From: a candidate division WWE3 bacterium
GTDB lineage: Bacteria; Patescibacteriota; WWE3; 2-01-FULL-39-13
Length of the DNA stretch: 64,000 nt
Assembly: GCA_943354835.1 (NCBI GenBank)
Contig: CALRDH010000002.1
Location: 106,270-170,269 of the forward strand
Direction of reading: 5' to 3'
Of the stretch, positions 37,061 to 46,537 are shown piece after piece; position 1 is the stretch's first letter, and each line of letters starts with the position of its first letter. Both the position numbers and the translations under genes were made by a program. The notes below the pieces were generated by a model. The model was not told where the DNA came from. It searched no databases and worked only from the letters and a program-made list of their open reading frames with translations.

Positions 37061-39076
37061 ATGGATAAACTCTTACATGAAAATATAGAAATCGGCGGCG
37101 AAGGAGTTAAATCAATCCTAGCTAAATTTAAACCAGAAGAGGCGATAGCTGAGTTTATCTGGAATGGTTTTGATGCAAATGCAACTGAGGTCAATCTCGA
37201 CTATGATGTTTCTAGGGAATTGGGTGAGGTAGAGTTTATAAAGATATCAGATAATGGAACTGGAATTCCTCAAAATAAATTAAATAACAAATTCAAACCG
37301 TTTTTTGAATCAGAAAAAGCCAAAAATGGAAAAGATAAATCTCACCACTCTCTTACTCACGGAAAAAATGGAATTGGGCGCCTGACATTTTTTACCTTCG
37401 CAAACAAAGCTTGCTGGACAACAAGATACGAAGAAGAAACGCAGATAATTAAAGAATATGATATTGAGATTCAATCAAGGGATATAGAAAACTATACAGG
37501 AAGCAATACAGATCTTAGAGGTACGAATGAGAAGACAGGAACAGTTGTTGAGTTTACAGGCATAAATAAGTTAAACAAATATGACTTTGAAGGAAAAGTG
37601 TTAGAGCATCTACGCCAAGAGTTTGGTTGGTTTTTAGAAATATTTTCAAAATTAGGCTATTCACTTAATATTAATGGTAATAAACTTGACTATTCTAAAA
37701 TTATTGGAGATAGGGACTCAATAACTTTAAAGTATGCTGCTAATGACACGCAGTTTAATCTAGGTTATATTCGCTGGAATACGCACCTGAAAAATGAATA
37801 CTCAAGATTTTACCTTTTAAACAGCAAAGGGAAAGAGATTTGGAAGGACACTACCAAACTTAACAATAAAGGAGACTCTTTTTACCACAGCATTTTTGTT
37901 AAGAGCGATTATTTTGATAATTTCACTTACGATGAACAACAGTCAAATGGAGAAATAACACTTTTTGGTCACTCCAAAGAAGATGAAGAATATAAATATA
38001 TTGAAGAAGAAATAACAAATTATTTAAGAAAAAAAAGAAAACCTTTTTTAAAAGAGTTTGCAGAACAGTTAGTTAATACATATGAAAATGAAGGTATCAT
38101 GCCCACTTTTCAATCAGAATGGGATAAACCTAGGAGGGAAGAATTAAGAAATGTCATAAAGAATCTCTATGAGGTCGAGCCAAAAATATTCAGTCAATCA
38201 AGTATTGAACAAAAAAAGACATTTGTTAGACTACTAAATACTTTGTTAGATACTGAAGATAGAGAACGTATTTTACAGATTATTAAGGAGGTAGTAGATC
38301 TTGACGAACAAGAGCAAACTGATTTATTAGATCTACTTAAAGCTACAAAACTAGATAGAATAATCTCTACAATTAAATTTATTCAAAATAGATATAAAAC
38401 AATTGATGAGCTGAAAGCGATTGTTTTTGATAAAGAATTAAAAGGAAATGAACGAGACCATATTCAGAAATCAATAGACTTTAATTATTGGATATTTGGG
38501 GAGCAATACCATTTACTATCTACAACTGAGGCAAAGTTTGATACAGCATTAAGACAATACACTTCATATTTAACTGAGTCGCAAGACATAATTCCTATTA
38601 CACATATAGATAAAAATAAAGAAATGGATATATTTATGTGTAGACAAATGAAAGGAATCAATAAAATTGAAAATATTGTAGTGGAACTAAAAAGCCCTAG
38701 TGTGAATTTGGGTGAAAAGGAAGTGAGTCAAGTGAAGAAGTATATGAGTGTGATTTTAAGCACTGATCAATTCAATAGTGACAATACGTACTGGGAATTT
38801 ATCTTAGTTGGCAACAGATTTGATTCTTCTGGATATATTGAAGGGGAGCTTGAAAATAGTAAAGGGCATGGTGAACGAAATAATGGACTAATTTTTAAGA
38901 ACGATAAATATAGAATTTATGTAAAAAAATGGAGTGAGATTTTTGAAGAATTTGAAATAAGGCATAAGTTTATTGAAGAAAAGTTAGAAATCGCACGAGA
39001 TAGTATTGCATCAAATTATTCTTCCGCAGATGAAATTATTCAAATACAACAAGATAGATCTCAAAAAGTTATTTAA
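37061..39076 (+). CDS. GHKL/MORC-type ATPase with C-terminal PD-(D/E)XK nuclease
   Basis: EFIWNGFDA, DNGTGI, GKNGIGR, GTVV; C-terminal WIFGE..MDIF..VVELKSP. Confidence 0.85.
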   Translation: MDKLLHENIEIGGEGVKSILAKFKPEEAIAEFIWNGFDANATEVNLDYDVSRELGEVEFIKISDNGTGIPQNKLNNKFKPFFESEKAKNGKDKSHHSLTHGKNGIGRLTFFTFANKACWTTRYEEETQIIKEYDIEIQSRDIENYTGSNTDLRGTNEKTGTVVEFTGINKLNKYDFEGKVLEHLRQEFGWFLEIFSKLGYSLNINGNKLDYSKIIGDRDSITLKYAANDTQFNLGYIRWNTHLKNEYSRFYLLNSKGKEIWKDTTKLNNKGDSFYHSIFVKSDYFDNFTYDEQQSNGEITLFGHSKEDEEYKYIEEEITNYLRKKRKPFLKEFAEQLVNTYENEGIMPTFQSEWDKPRREELRNVIKNLYEVEPKIFSQSSIEQKKTFVRLLNTLLDTEDRERILQIIKEVVDLDEQEQTDLLDLLKATKLDRIISTIKFIQNRYKTIDELKAIVFDKELKGNERDHIQKSIDFNYWIFGEQYHLLSTTEAKFDTALRQYTSYLTESQDIIPITHIDKNKEMDIFMCRQMKGINKIENIVVELKSPSVNLGEKEVSQVKKYMSVILSTDQFNSDNTYWEFILVGNRFDSSGYIEGELENSKGHGERNNGLIFKNDKYRIYVKKWSEIFEEFEIRHKFIEEKLEIARDSIASNYSSADEIIQIQQDRSQKVI

Positions 39077-40493
39077 TTAAATATTTCAAAATAGTGTATA
39101 TCTTCAACATCGCCATTGTGTCCATTTCACAGTACCTGAGTAGGTTTTCTTTAATTGTTTCTTTTTTTGAAGTTTCTGCATTTTCATATACCATTTCAAA
39201 CCAGCTCGTCATGGCTGTTGCGCCTTCTCCAATTTCGAGTTCATTGTATGAAAAATCAGGAGCAAAAAGTGGAAGCACATTTTTTATTGAGTAACTCCCT
39301 TTTAGTTTTGGATCTGCGTACCATTGTTTTTGAAATATATCCATGAGGTCATAGATCCGCTCATTCATATTTAGGCAAAAATCTGCAAACTGAGGGTGAA
39401 TTTCTGCCATGCGTTTATTTTGTGTTCCTTCAAATGATTTATTCCAAACGATAAGCGAGCCTTCTTTTCCAATGTGTTTTTGCAGTTCTGTCAAAAAGTT
39501 TGGGATAGGATCAATTTGAGACGTTTCTATAAATTCAAAATGTTCTAGCTCTCGGCCTTGTTGTTGTATGTGCAGTGACCACTGAAAAGGCATCTGATCA
39601 AATGGTTTGTAACCATCATACATAGGAATAGCCGGGTTATATGATTCATAATCGATAAAATAAAGTGGGTAGATTACTCCACTTAAATCTTTTTGAATCT
39701 TGTTTGAATCGATCTCAACCTTATTGTTTTGAGCAACATCTACTTGAAAGCGTTGTATTTTTGAAAGTGAAAAGTCTTTTGGTACATCAAAAACACTTTC
39801 AATACCTTGATCAATAAGATCTCGCATCTTGGCAACATTCGCCGATAATCGATTAATATCGTAGATAGAATAATCTGGAAGATCTGGGTGACAGATATCG
39901 AGACAAGGACACTCTTTTGGTTTAATGCATTTATCAGCAGATTGTAGATTGTTTTTTTGGGCTGTAGTAAAAGCTTCTTGTCGTAACTCTATAACTTCAT
40001 CGGTTAGTTTGCTAACTTCTTCTGTAATATCAGAGACAGTGAATAATTCAGATAGGCTTACATCTCCACTGCGTACATATTCTTTATTAAGATGTAGTAT
40101 GTTTAGCGTTCCTATGTCGTAAGACTCTCTAAATACGAGGTATTGAAAAGTGGCATCGAATTTGTGTGTCTTTTTAACATCATTGGTACTTTTGATTTCA
40201 TAAATATCCCACTTATTTGTTTTGACGTTTTTAATGAGAACATCTGTTCTTGCCTGAAAGTTGCCGTGTATGTGTGTTGGCTGTAAAAATACATTATCAG
40301 GGTCAATCTTGTAACTTGGGATGAGGATGTTCTGAATGTATTTTTCAGCTTGCTCTTCTACCTCATACCCTTGATCGAATAGGTGTTGAATAAAAACATT
40401 TATTTCTTTTTCAGAAAGCTTATTGTTTTTCAGTGCCCAGAGATGCCGTGGAGCATCGAGGAAAGCTATAAAGTCGGTTTTTGTGATCATCAT
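39069..40493 (-). CDS. DUF2779 protein (PD-(D/E)XK nuclease + RNase H-like domain)
   Basis: ARTDVL..IYEIKS..DATFQ, Cys cluster CxxPxxCPCxxxC, FIDYES, PFQWSLH, YSIKNVLP, YCEMDT. Confidence 0.85.
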   Translation of the reverse strand: MMITKTDFIAFLDAPRHLWALKNNKLSEKEINVFIQHLFDQGYEVEEQAEKYIQNILIPSYKIDPDNVFLQPTHIHGNFQARTDVLIKNVKTNKWDIYEIKSTNDVKKTHKFDATFQYLVFRESYDIGTLNILHLNKEYVRSGDVSLSELFTVSDITEEVSKLTDEVIELRQEAFTTAQKNNLQSADKCIKPKECPCLDICHPDLPDYSIYDINRLSANVAKMRDLIDQGIESVFDVPKDFSLSKIQRFQVDVAQNNKVEIDSNKIQKDLSGVIYPLYFIDYESYNPAIPMYDGYKPFDQMPFQWSLHIQQQGRELEHFEFIETSQIDPIPNFLTELQKHIGKEGSLIVWNKSFEGTQNKRMAEIHPQFADFCLNMNERIYDLMDIFQKQWYADPKLKGSYSIKNVLPLFAPDFSYNELEIGEGATAMTSWFEMVYENAETSKKETIKENLLRYCEMDTMAMLKIYTILKYLIK

Positions 40494-40557
40494 GTATCTT
40501 CCGATTATACTGGAAAATGAAATTATATCTCTCATTATTGGGTGGTTTTCCCTTTTC

Positions 40558-40728
40558 TTCCTATCATGCTTCTTCATTCTATGGGGTTAAAATCATCTGT
40601 CAAAAGGTGGGTTTTTAGCTCGTTCCTCACTAAAAATCCTTTTTGACTTTGCTTTGCTCCGCAAAAACTTTTGACAGACCACTTTCGTTTGATTTTCACC
40701 CCATGCCCCTTTTTTTGCATGATAGGAA
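40558..40728. repeat. ~170-nt branched inverted-repeat structure upstream of radC
   Basis: Nested pairs 40558-69/40717-28, 40581-95/40690-704, 40596-606/40668-78, 40609-18/40630-39. Confidence 0.8.
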
Positions 40729-40782
40729 TAAAAATCTTATCTGCAAGTTATTAATTTATTAAAGAAAGGGGGTGAGATCGAG

Positions 40783-41199
40783 ATGATTATCAAACTGCAA
40801 GATGCCAAAGTATCAGTAGCTAGTCCTAAGTGTGTATTTGAGCTGTTAAAAGCTTACTTTCTGACACTTGATGATTTTGATCAAGATAAAGAACACTTCT
40901 TTGTTTTTCATCTGGATATTAGAAACAAAATCAAAATTATGGATTTGGTTAGTGTTGGTACTCTAACACAGTCATTAGCGCATCCAAGAGAGGTATTTAC
41001 AAGAGTTATTCATAAGAGAACACCAGCGATAATACTTGCCCATAATCATCCATCAGGCGAAACAAGTCCGTCTTATGAGGACATAAGCATAACTAAACGC
41101 TTGTGTGAAGCTGGAAAGATACTCTCAACAGATGTAATAGATCACATCATTTTTACTGATAATGAGTTCTATAGCTTTAAAGAGCATGAGCTGATTTAG
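40783..41199 (+). CDS. radC: RadC-like JAB domain protein
   Basis: VSVGTL..AHPREVF, AHNHPSG..PS..D, VIDHII. Confidence 0.92.
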   Translation: MIIKLQDAKVSVASPKCVFELLKAYFLTLDDFDQDKEHFFVFHLDIRNKIKIMDLVSVGTLTQSLAHPREVFTRVIHKRTPAIILAHNHPSGETSPSYEDISITKRLCEAGKILSTDVIDHIIFTDNEFYSFKEHELI

Positions 41200-41242
41200 A
41201 GGTAGTAGTTATTAATTTATTCCCTTAAAGGAGGTGAAAGTT

Positions 41243-41560
41243 ATGAAATTATTAACAAAGGAATTGTTGATGAGGTTTGAGAAGGTTGGCAGACAAGAGG
41301 ATGATAAAGATCCGATTGTTATTGCAAAGTTCTTTAATCCAACAGGAGCAGGTACTTGGCTTGCAACTGAGTACGATCCTCATTCAAAAGAATTCTTTGG
41401 ATTTGTATCGATATTTGGTGATTACAACGACGAGTGGGGATACTTTTCTCTTGATGAGCTAGAAAGCTACATTGGTAGATTTGGCTTAGGCATTGAAAGA
41501 GATAGGTATTTTACCGAGAAACGAATGAGTGAGGTAATGCCAAGTGCAATACTAGAGTAA
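41243..41560 (+). CDS. DUF2958 family protein
   Basis: KFFNPTGAGTWLATE..FFG..EWGYFSLDELE..IERD; RBS AAGGAGG. Confidence 0.85.
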   Translation: MKLLTKELLMRFEKVGRQEDDKDPIVIAKFFNPTGAGTWLATEYDPHSKEFFGFVSIFGDYNDEWGYFSLDELESYIGRFGLGIERDRYFTEKRMSEVMPSAILE

Positions 41561-41845
41561 GTTAAACTAATCCGTGGGTAGTGAAAGCTACCTGCGGATT
41601 TAGTTTCAGATTATTATTAATAGTTAAAGGATATAAAAAATATGATAAACCCATTACTAACCGAACCATTTGAGAGTGAGATTTTAGAGCTGATTGAAAC
41701 GAGTGACGAGTTTACAACCAGCGACCTACAAGGCGTTGTTACCGTGTTGGTGAACAAGATTATGATTAAAGGGCACGAGATTTTGAAAGAGTCAGAGTAA
41801 GTTAAATTAATCCGTGGGTAGTTGCCAACAGCTACCTGCGGATTT
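41554..41845 (+). repeat. Two ~50-nt direct repeats containing terminator-like hairpins
   Basis: AGAGTAAGTTAAA.TAATCCGTGGGTAG..CTACCTGCGGATTT at 41554-41601 and 41794-41845. Confidence 0.85.
41642..41800 (+). CDS. Small acidic hypothetical protein (52 aa, not in the ORF track)
   Basis: AAAGGA RBS; MINPLLTEPFESEILELIETSDEF...KESE*; ends in the repeat like the upstream gene. Confidence 0.65.
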   Translation: MINPLLTEPFESEILELIETSDEFTTSDLQGVVTVLVNKIMIKGHEILKESE

Positions 41846-41898
41846 TTTTATATTCAGGACTTTTGATTAATTTTATAAATTTAGATTATAATGAATTC

Positions 41899-42216
41899 AT
41901 GTACAAAATATTTGTAATGGTTCCAGTAGAAAATACAGATGAGATTATTACTGCAATGGCTGATGCGGGGGCTGGAGTTATAGGCAACTACACTCATAAT
42001 GCTGTTATTACCGCTGTTATGGGTAATTGGATGAGTGAAGAGGGCTCTAACCCCACAATTGGAGAAGTAGGCAAAATGAGCAGAGAATCAGAAAACAAAG
42101 TAGAAATGGTTTGCCCAGAAGATAAATTAGAGGGAGTTGTTAAAGCAATGCGAAAAGTTCACCCATATGAAACAGCCGCAGTTGATGTAATTAAGTTAGA
42201 AGATCTAAAATACTAA
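41899..42216 (+). CDS. YqfO/Nif3-related PII-like small protein
   Basis: AGAGVIGNY, P.IGEVG, VHPYE. Confidence 0.85.
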   Translation: MYKIFVMVPVENTDEIITAMADAGAGVIGNYTHNAVITAVMGNWMSEEGSNPTIGEVGKMSRESENKVEMVCPEDKLEGVVKAMRKVHPYETAAVDVIKLEDLKY

Positions 42217-42217
42217 T

Positions 42218-42667
42218 ATGAATCAACAGGAACTTAATCAAAAAGCAAAGGATATTGTAAATTCAAACAAATACGTGAGTCTTGCTACAACAGATCAATC
42301 AAGACCTTGGATTGCTCCAGTTTTTTACTGTAAAGATGACAAATACAACTTTTATTTCATCTCTCAACCAGAAAGCTTACACATAAAGCATCTAAAGTTT
42401 ACGAATGAGGTTGCTTTTGCTATTTTTGACTCACACCAAGAGGAAGGCCAGGGAAATGGTGTTCAGGGATCAGCAAAAGTTGAATTATTGGAAGGTGACC
42501 AGATTGAAGATGGCTTGAAGTACTACTCGACGAGTTTTATTGAAATGACCACGGAATCTTTAAGAGAACCTTCTCCATATAGGTTGTACAAAATGATTCC
42601 AGAAAAAGTATTTATACTGGATGCAGAAGCAGATGTAGACAAGAGAATTGAAGTGTTTTTTAATTAA
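42218..42667 (+). CDS. Pyridoxamine 5'-phosphate oxidase family FMN-binding protein
   Basis: SLAT..PWIAPVFY, S.H, VAFAI, GVQG. Confidence 0.85.
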   Translation: MNQQELNQKAKDIVNSNKYVSLATTDQSRPWIAPVFYCKDDKYNFYFISQPESLHIKHLKFTNEVAFAIFDSHQEEGQGNGVQGSAKVELLEGDQIEDGLKYYSTSFIEMTTESLREPSPYRLYKMIPEKVFILDAEADVDKRIEVFFN

Positions 42668-42672
42668 ATTTT

Positions 42673-43437
42673 TTATTCGTCAATCTCCACCTCGCTCCAC
42701 ACATCCCCAGTTGCACCTAGTTGTTTAATTTGTTCTTTGGTTGTTGTTTGAAATGTTAGGTTTTCTATCTGCTCGTTTCTGCAAATTAGTTTTACTTTTT
42801 TAGTAACATATTCTTCAATTTCATTGTTTGGGCAGATAAATAATATTGTGGGTATCTGTTCTTGTTTGATCCAGTCTCCTTTTGTAAAGAAGGTTATATA
42901 TTGGTTTATTCGGTTAAGAATGAAAAAGCGGGGTTTTTCTGGAAATATCTCTGCTATTAAGTATGGTTTCGTCTTCCCCTTGCGGAAGACGAAGAAAGGA
43001 AAAATTTCTTTGATAATCCCGTCTAGTGAGTATTCTGATCTTGTGTAGAAGGTAAGTCCTTCTTTTGTGCCGTATTTCTTTAGTAGATTGATATAAATGT
43101 CTGCAATTAAAACACAGTTTTCAATAAATTTAGTGGATCTTGTATCTTCTTGATATAGCTTTGTAATGTATGCCTGTTCTGCGTAATCTTGAGTTTTGAT
43201 AAACTTCATTCCATTAGTTTTAAGATAGTAAACCGCCGGTTGGTTATTTATTTTTGAAGTTGTATCTAATTTTCGACCTGTATAGCCTTTATCCGTTAGA
43301 TCTTTTAGCCATGCGTTTATTCTGTTGTATGTTTTGTGGTTAAGTAATGTTTGTATCTGGATTCTATTGAGGAATCTGAATTTATAGAGTAAATATAGTA
43401 TAGTTTTTTGTGTATTTGTTATTGTAGGTAGTTTCAT
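42673..43437 (-). CDS. Replication-relaxation (Replic_Relax / MOB-L-like) family protein
   Basis: N-terminal wHTH LYKFRFLNRIQI..WLKDL..GY..PAVYYL, LIADIY, P.ILFICP; directly downstream of the coupling protein. Confidence 0.72.
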   Translation of the reverse strand: MKLPTITNTQKTILYLLYKFRFLNRIQIQTLLNHKTYNRINAWLKDLTDKGYTGRKLDTTSKINNQPAVYYLKTNGMKFIKTQDYAEQAYITKLYQEDTRSTKFIENCVLIADIYINLLKKYGTKEGLTFYTRSEYSLDGIIKEIFPFFVFRKGKTKPYLIAEIFPEKPRFFILNRINQYITFFTKGDWIKQEQIPTILFICPNNEIEEYVTKKVKLICRNEQIENLTFQTTTKEQIKQLGATGDVWSEVEIDE

Positions 43438-43581
43438 TTTTTTATTTAATGATTCGTTCTTTTTGTAGTACGAATTTTTCTTTTCCTTATTCATAAGGAA
43501 TAAAGAGTACAAAAAATATTTTGTTTTTCCTTTTATATCAACTAATACTCAATTAATTTTGTGTTAGCTGATGACACAAGA

Positions 43582-46260
43582 TTATATTGATTTTCTTTTA
43601 GATTCACCCTGTTTACTGCTATCTTTTTTCTTGCTCTTAGACTTTTCGGCTTTTGTTGCAGGTTCAACTATTTTTAACTTTTCATCTAACTTTTTTAAAG
43701 TCTCTACATCTGCACCATATTTAGCTCTTGAATTTTCAATTACCAACTGCTCAATGTTTTCATCCTTGGGAGTTGTAAAGTCATAAGTACTACCAGTAAA
43801 TGCATCTTGTGGAATTACACCATTTATTTTTATGTAAAAGTTAAATGAAGGTAAGTTTGCTATTTGGTGTTCTTTAACCTGAGGAGCAAATAAAGGTAGA
43901 ATAAAATCCTCATCTGTTGGGTTGCTTGTTCTATAGGAAACAACGGTACCTACATTTGCAAGAATAACTTTTAACAAGTCTTGATCTTCTATTTGAGAGA
44001 TGGTTTGGTGTGCAAGTATTGTATCAAGCCTGTATTTGCGCGCTTCGGATAAGATTTGGGCAAAAGTCATAGTAGCAAAGTTTTGAAACTCATCTATGTA
44101 TAAAAAGAAATCTTCACGCTTATCTTGTGAAATATGGACTCGGTTTAAGGCGGCTAACTGCAACTTAAGAATAAGTAAGCTTCCTAAAAATGACGAAATA
44201 TCCTCACCTATTTTCCCTTTTGATAGATCACAAATAAGAATCTTTTTGTTGTTCATAATATCGTCAAAGTCAAGTTTGCTATTTTCTTGGGTCAAAATGT
44301 TTCTGGTTGTTTTAGTGGTAAAAAATCTACCAAGTTTATTGGTAATTGGTGAAATAAGCTCAGCTCTTTGGAAACTTCCAAAACCTTTAAACTCTTTCTC
44401 CCAGAATTCTTTAAGTAACGGATCTTCAAGTTTGGAAACAATGGTATCTCTCAAGTTTTTATCTACCAGCATTTTATATGCGGTAAGTAATGTGGGTTTT
44501 TCTGTTGAAAGAATGGCTAAAATAGTATTTCGCAGTACATGTTCCATTCGAGGGCGGGCAGTATTAGATGGGTAAAGCTTTAAAAACACAGAAATAAGGC
44601 TTGAAACGATAAGATCTTTTTCCCGTTCCTTTTCAACATCAGATAAACCTTGGGTCATTTGCAATACATTTAAACCAATAGGATGCTCAAGGTCATACGG
44701 ATTGAAGTAAATTACATCTTTGATTCTATCTTTTGGAATAACACCAATTAGCCTAGTTGCTAAATCTCCGTGTGGATCCATTACAGCTACACCTTTCCCG
44801 TTTTTTATATCTTGATAGATCATTTGTAGCAAAAGTGTGGTTTTGCCCATACCAGTTGCACCGATCAGGTACATGTGCCTTCGTCTTTCTTCTATCGTTA
44901 ATCCTATTGGGGTAATGCTTTCACCATGAATATTGTGCGCAAATACAATATCAAGATTTGAAGGATTTTTAAGACTAATTGGTGCTGGTAAATGTGACGA
45001 TTTTATTGATTGTAAGTCCTCGGTTTGAGTAGTTAGTGTAAATGGAAAGTGATAAATTGTTGAAAGTTCTGATACTGAAAAGATTGGATTAGAAGTAAAC
45101 GAGAACAATCGATACTTGAGACGTAAAAAGTTTAGCTTGGTAAAGAGTGAGTTAAAGTGTGCTGATTTAACCTTAAGAGACTGATAGCTAAGATTGGTAT
45201 ATGTTGCAAAGTTTCCTATAATCCCCTTTTTTCTAAGCTCAATATTATTTTTAGAAGTTCCAACAACTAAAAGTCGCATAGTTACCTCAAATAAATCTTG
45301 ATTAATTTTTGACTCTACAACTTCTTGTATCTGGCTTTGTTTTGGTGTTAGTTCAATTATTTGATCAGTTGTACTCTTTTCTTGTTCAAGCACGTATTTG
45401 CTTGGATATTTTGGCGATGCCATTGCAAAATCCATAATCCATTTAGTAAGGTCTTTTAGAAGAAGTACAAAAAGATCAAAAATAAAAAGTGGGATTACTT
45501 TTAGTGTATGTAATGTTTTTGCAAAAGAACTGTTTTGAATATATGAAACAATTTCTTTCCCTTCGTAAATACGTTTTTGTAGCTTAAATAAGTAATCTGC
45601 AATGTGCCCATGGTAGACAGGCGTTACAGGAGAAGTGACCAATTGCAAAGTAATTAACTCATCTGGCTCAAGTTTTGTCATCTGTCCGGTGATATATGCA
45701 ATCGGATCGTGCTCACCAAGTACATTTTGTTCTTTTAACGGAAGTACAAAGTGATTTTTAAGTTTGAATTCGGTAAACGAATATTTTTTGCTTTCTAAAT
45801 CTTCTAAAGACTTTGGCAAGTGGTCGGAAATTTGCTGAATTTCAATACCTGGAAGGTACGAAAGTAAGTTTTTACGAAGAATTGAAACATATTCTTTTGG
45901 TGTATAAATTATGTAGCGAATTCCATCACTTCTGCTAGAAGCTATTTCATAGCTGACACGTTTTTTGTTTCTGAGTAATCGGTCTAAAAGTGTTGGCTTT
46001 GTATCAAGCGAATGAAGAATAGTAAATAGCTGTTTGGTAGTAAATGCCGTTTGTAATGATATAGATGGAGGTTTTATCTCTAATAAAACATACGAGCCTT
46101 GAAGTGATTTTTTAAACTGTAGATATTTAAGAACACTAAGACCGATAAAAAAGAAAAAGGTGGCAAAAAAAACCACAGTAATCCATGAAATATTTGCTCC
46201 TATTAAAATTAGTTGGGCAAGTGTCGGTGGGATTACATCAGACCAGTTTATATTTTCCAT
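43582..46260 (-). CDS. virD4: VirD4/TraD-like type IV coupling protein
   Basis: RRRHMYLIGATGMGKT, DPHGDL, LYIDEFQNF, EARKY, AHQ; N-terminal TM. Confidence 0.88.
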   Translation of the reverse strand: MENINWSDVIPPTLAQLILIGANISWITVVFFATFFFFIGLSVLKYLQFKKSLQGSYVLLEIKPPSISLQTAFTTKQLFTILHSLDTKPTLLDRLLRNKKRVSYEIASSRSDGIRYIIYTPKEYVSILRKNLLSYLPGIEIQQISDHLPKSLEDLESKKYSFTEFKLKNHFVLPLKEQNVLGEHDPIAYITGQMTKLEPDELITLQLVTSPVTPVYHGHIADYLFKLQKRIYEGKEIVSYIQNSSFAKTLHTLKVIPLFIFDLFVLLLKDLTKWIMDFAMASPKYPSKYVLEQEKSTTDQIIELTPKQSQIQEVVESKINQDLFEVTMRLLVVGTSKNNIELRKKGIIGNFATYTNLSYQSLKVKSAHFNSLFTKLNFLRLKYRLFSFTSNPIFSVSELSTIYHFPFTLTTQTEDLQSIKSSHLPAPISLKNPSNLDIVFAHNIHGESITPIGLTIEERRRHMYLIGATGMGKTTLLLQMIYQDIKNGKGVAVMDPHGDLATRLIGVIPKDRIKDVIYFNPYDLEHPIGLNVLQMTQGLSDVEKEREKDLIVSSLISVFLKLYPSNTARPRMEHVLRNTILAILSTEKPTLLTAYKMLVDKNLRDTIVSKLEDPLLKEFWEKEFKGFGSFQRAELISPITNKLGRFFTTKTTRNILTQENSKLDFDDIMNNKKILICDLSKGKIGEDISSFLGSLLILKLQLAALNRVHISQDKREDFFLYIDEFQNFATMTFAQILSEARKYRLDTILAHQTISQIEDQDLLKVILANVGTVVSYRTSNPTDEDFILPLFAPQVKEHQIANLPSFNFYIKINGVIPQDAFTGSTYDFTTPKDENIEQLVIENSRAKYGADVETLKKLDEKLKIVEPATKAEKSKSKKKDSSKQGESKRKSI

Positions 46261-46329
46261 ATAAATCAGGGCAATTTATGCTTGGAGTATATCAAAGCCT
46301 ATAGAGAAAGTGAAGGGAAATAAAAGAAA

Positions 46330-46435
46330 AGAGCGTCCTTTGGATAATAGAAATAAGTTGCAACGGTTGAAACCGTGCGTATGTAATTGCGTTGGCAATC
46401 ACACTTACTTATTTTATTTGTCCATTGGACGCTCT
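46330..46435. repeat. Long imperfect inverted repeat with internal hairpins (oriT or structured-RNA candidate)
   Basis: AGAGCGTCC..TGGA..AAATAAGT pairs with ACTTATTT..TCCA..GGACGCTCT; inner ACGGTT-GA-AACCGT and ATTGC-GTTG-GCAAT. Confidence 0.65.
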
Positions 46436-46537
46436 GGGTTGCACTTTCTTTTGCGAAATTCGAATAGACTGATAACAGAGTCACCTGTCGTTTTCACGCC
46501 CTTTGCAGGTTTAGTGTATTCAGTTTGTGATGTTTAA

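Noticed and set aside
39069-40493. Cas4-like nuclease with Cys cluster suggesting a CRISPR locus
   Set aside because: No cas1/cas2 or repeat-spacer array seen anywhere in the window; the architecture fits DUF2779
41554-41845. Repeats as a CRISPR array or integron attC sites
   Set aside because: Only two copies, 240 bp apart, no RYYYAAC/GTTRRRY core pair recognised and no integron integrase
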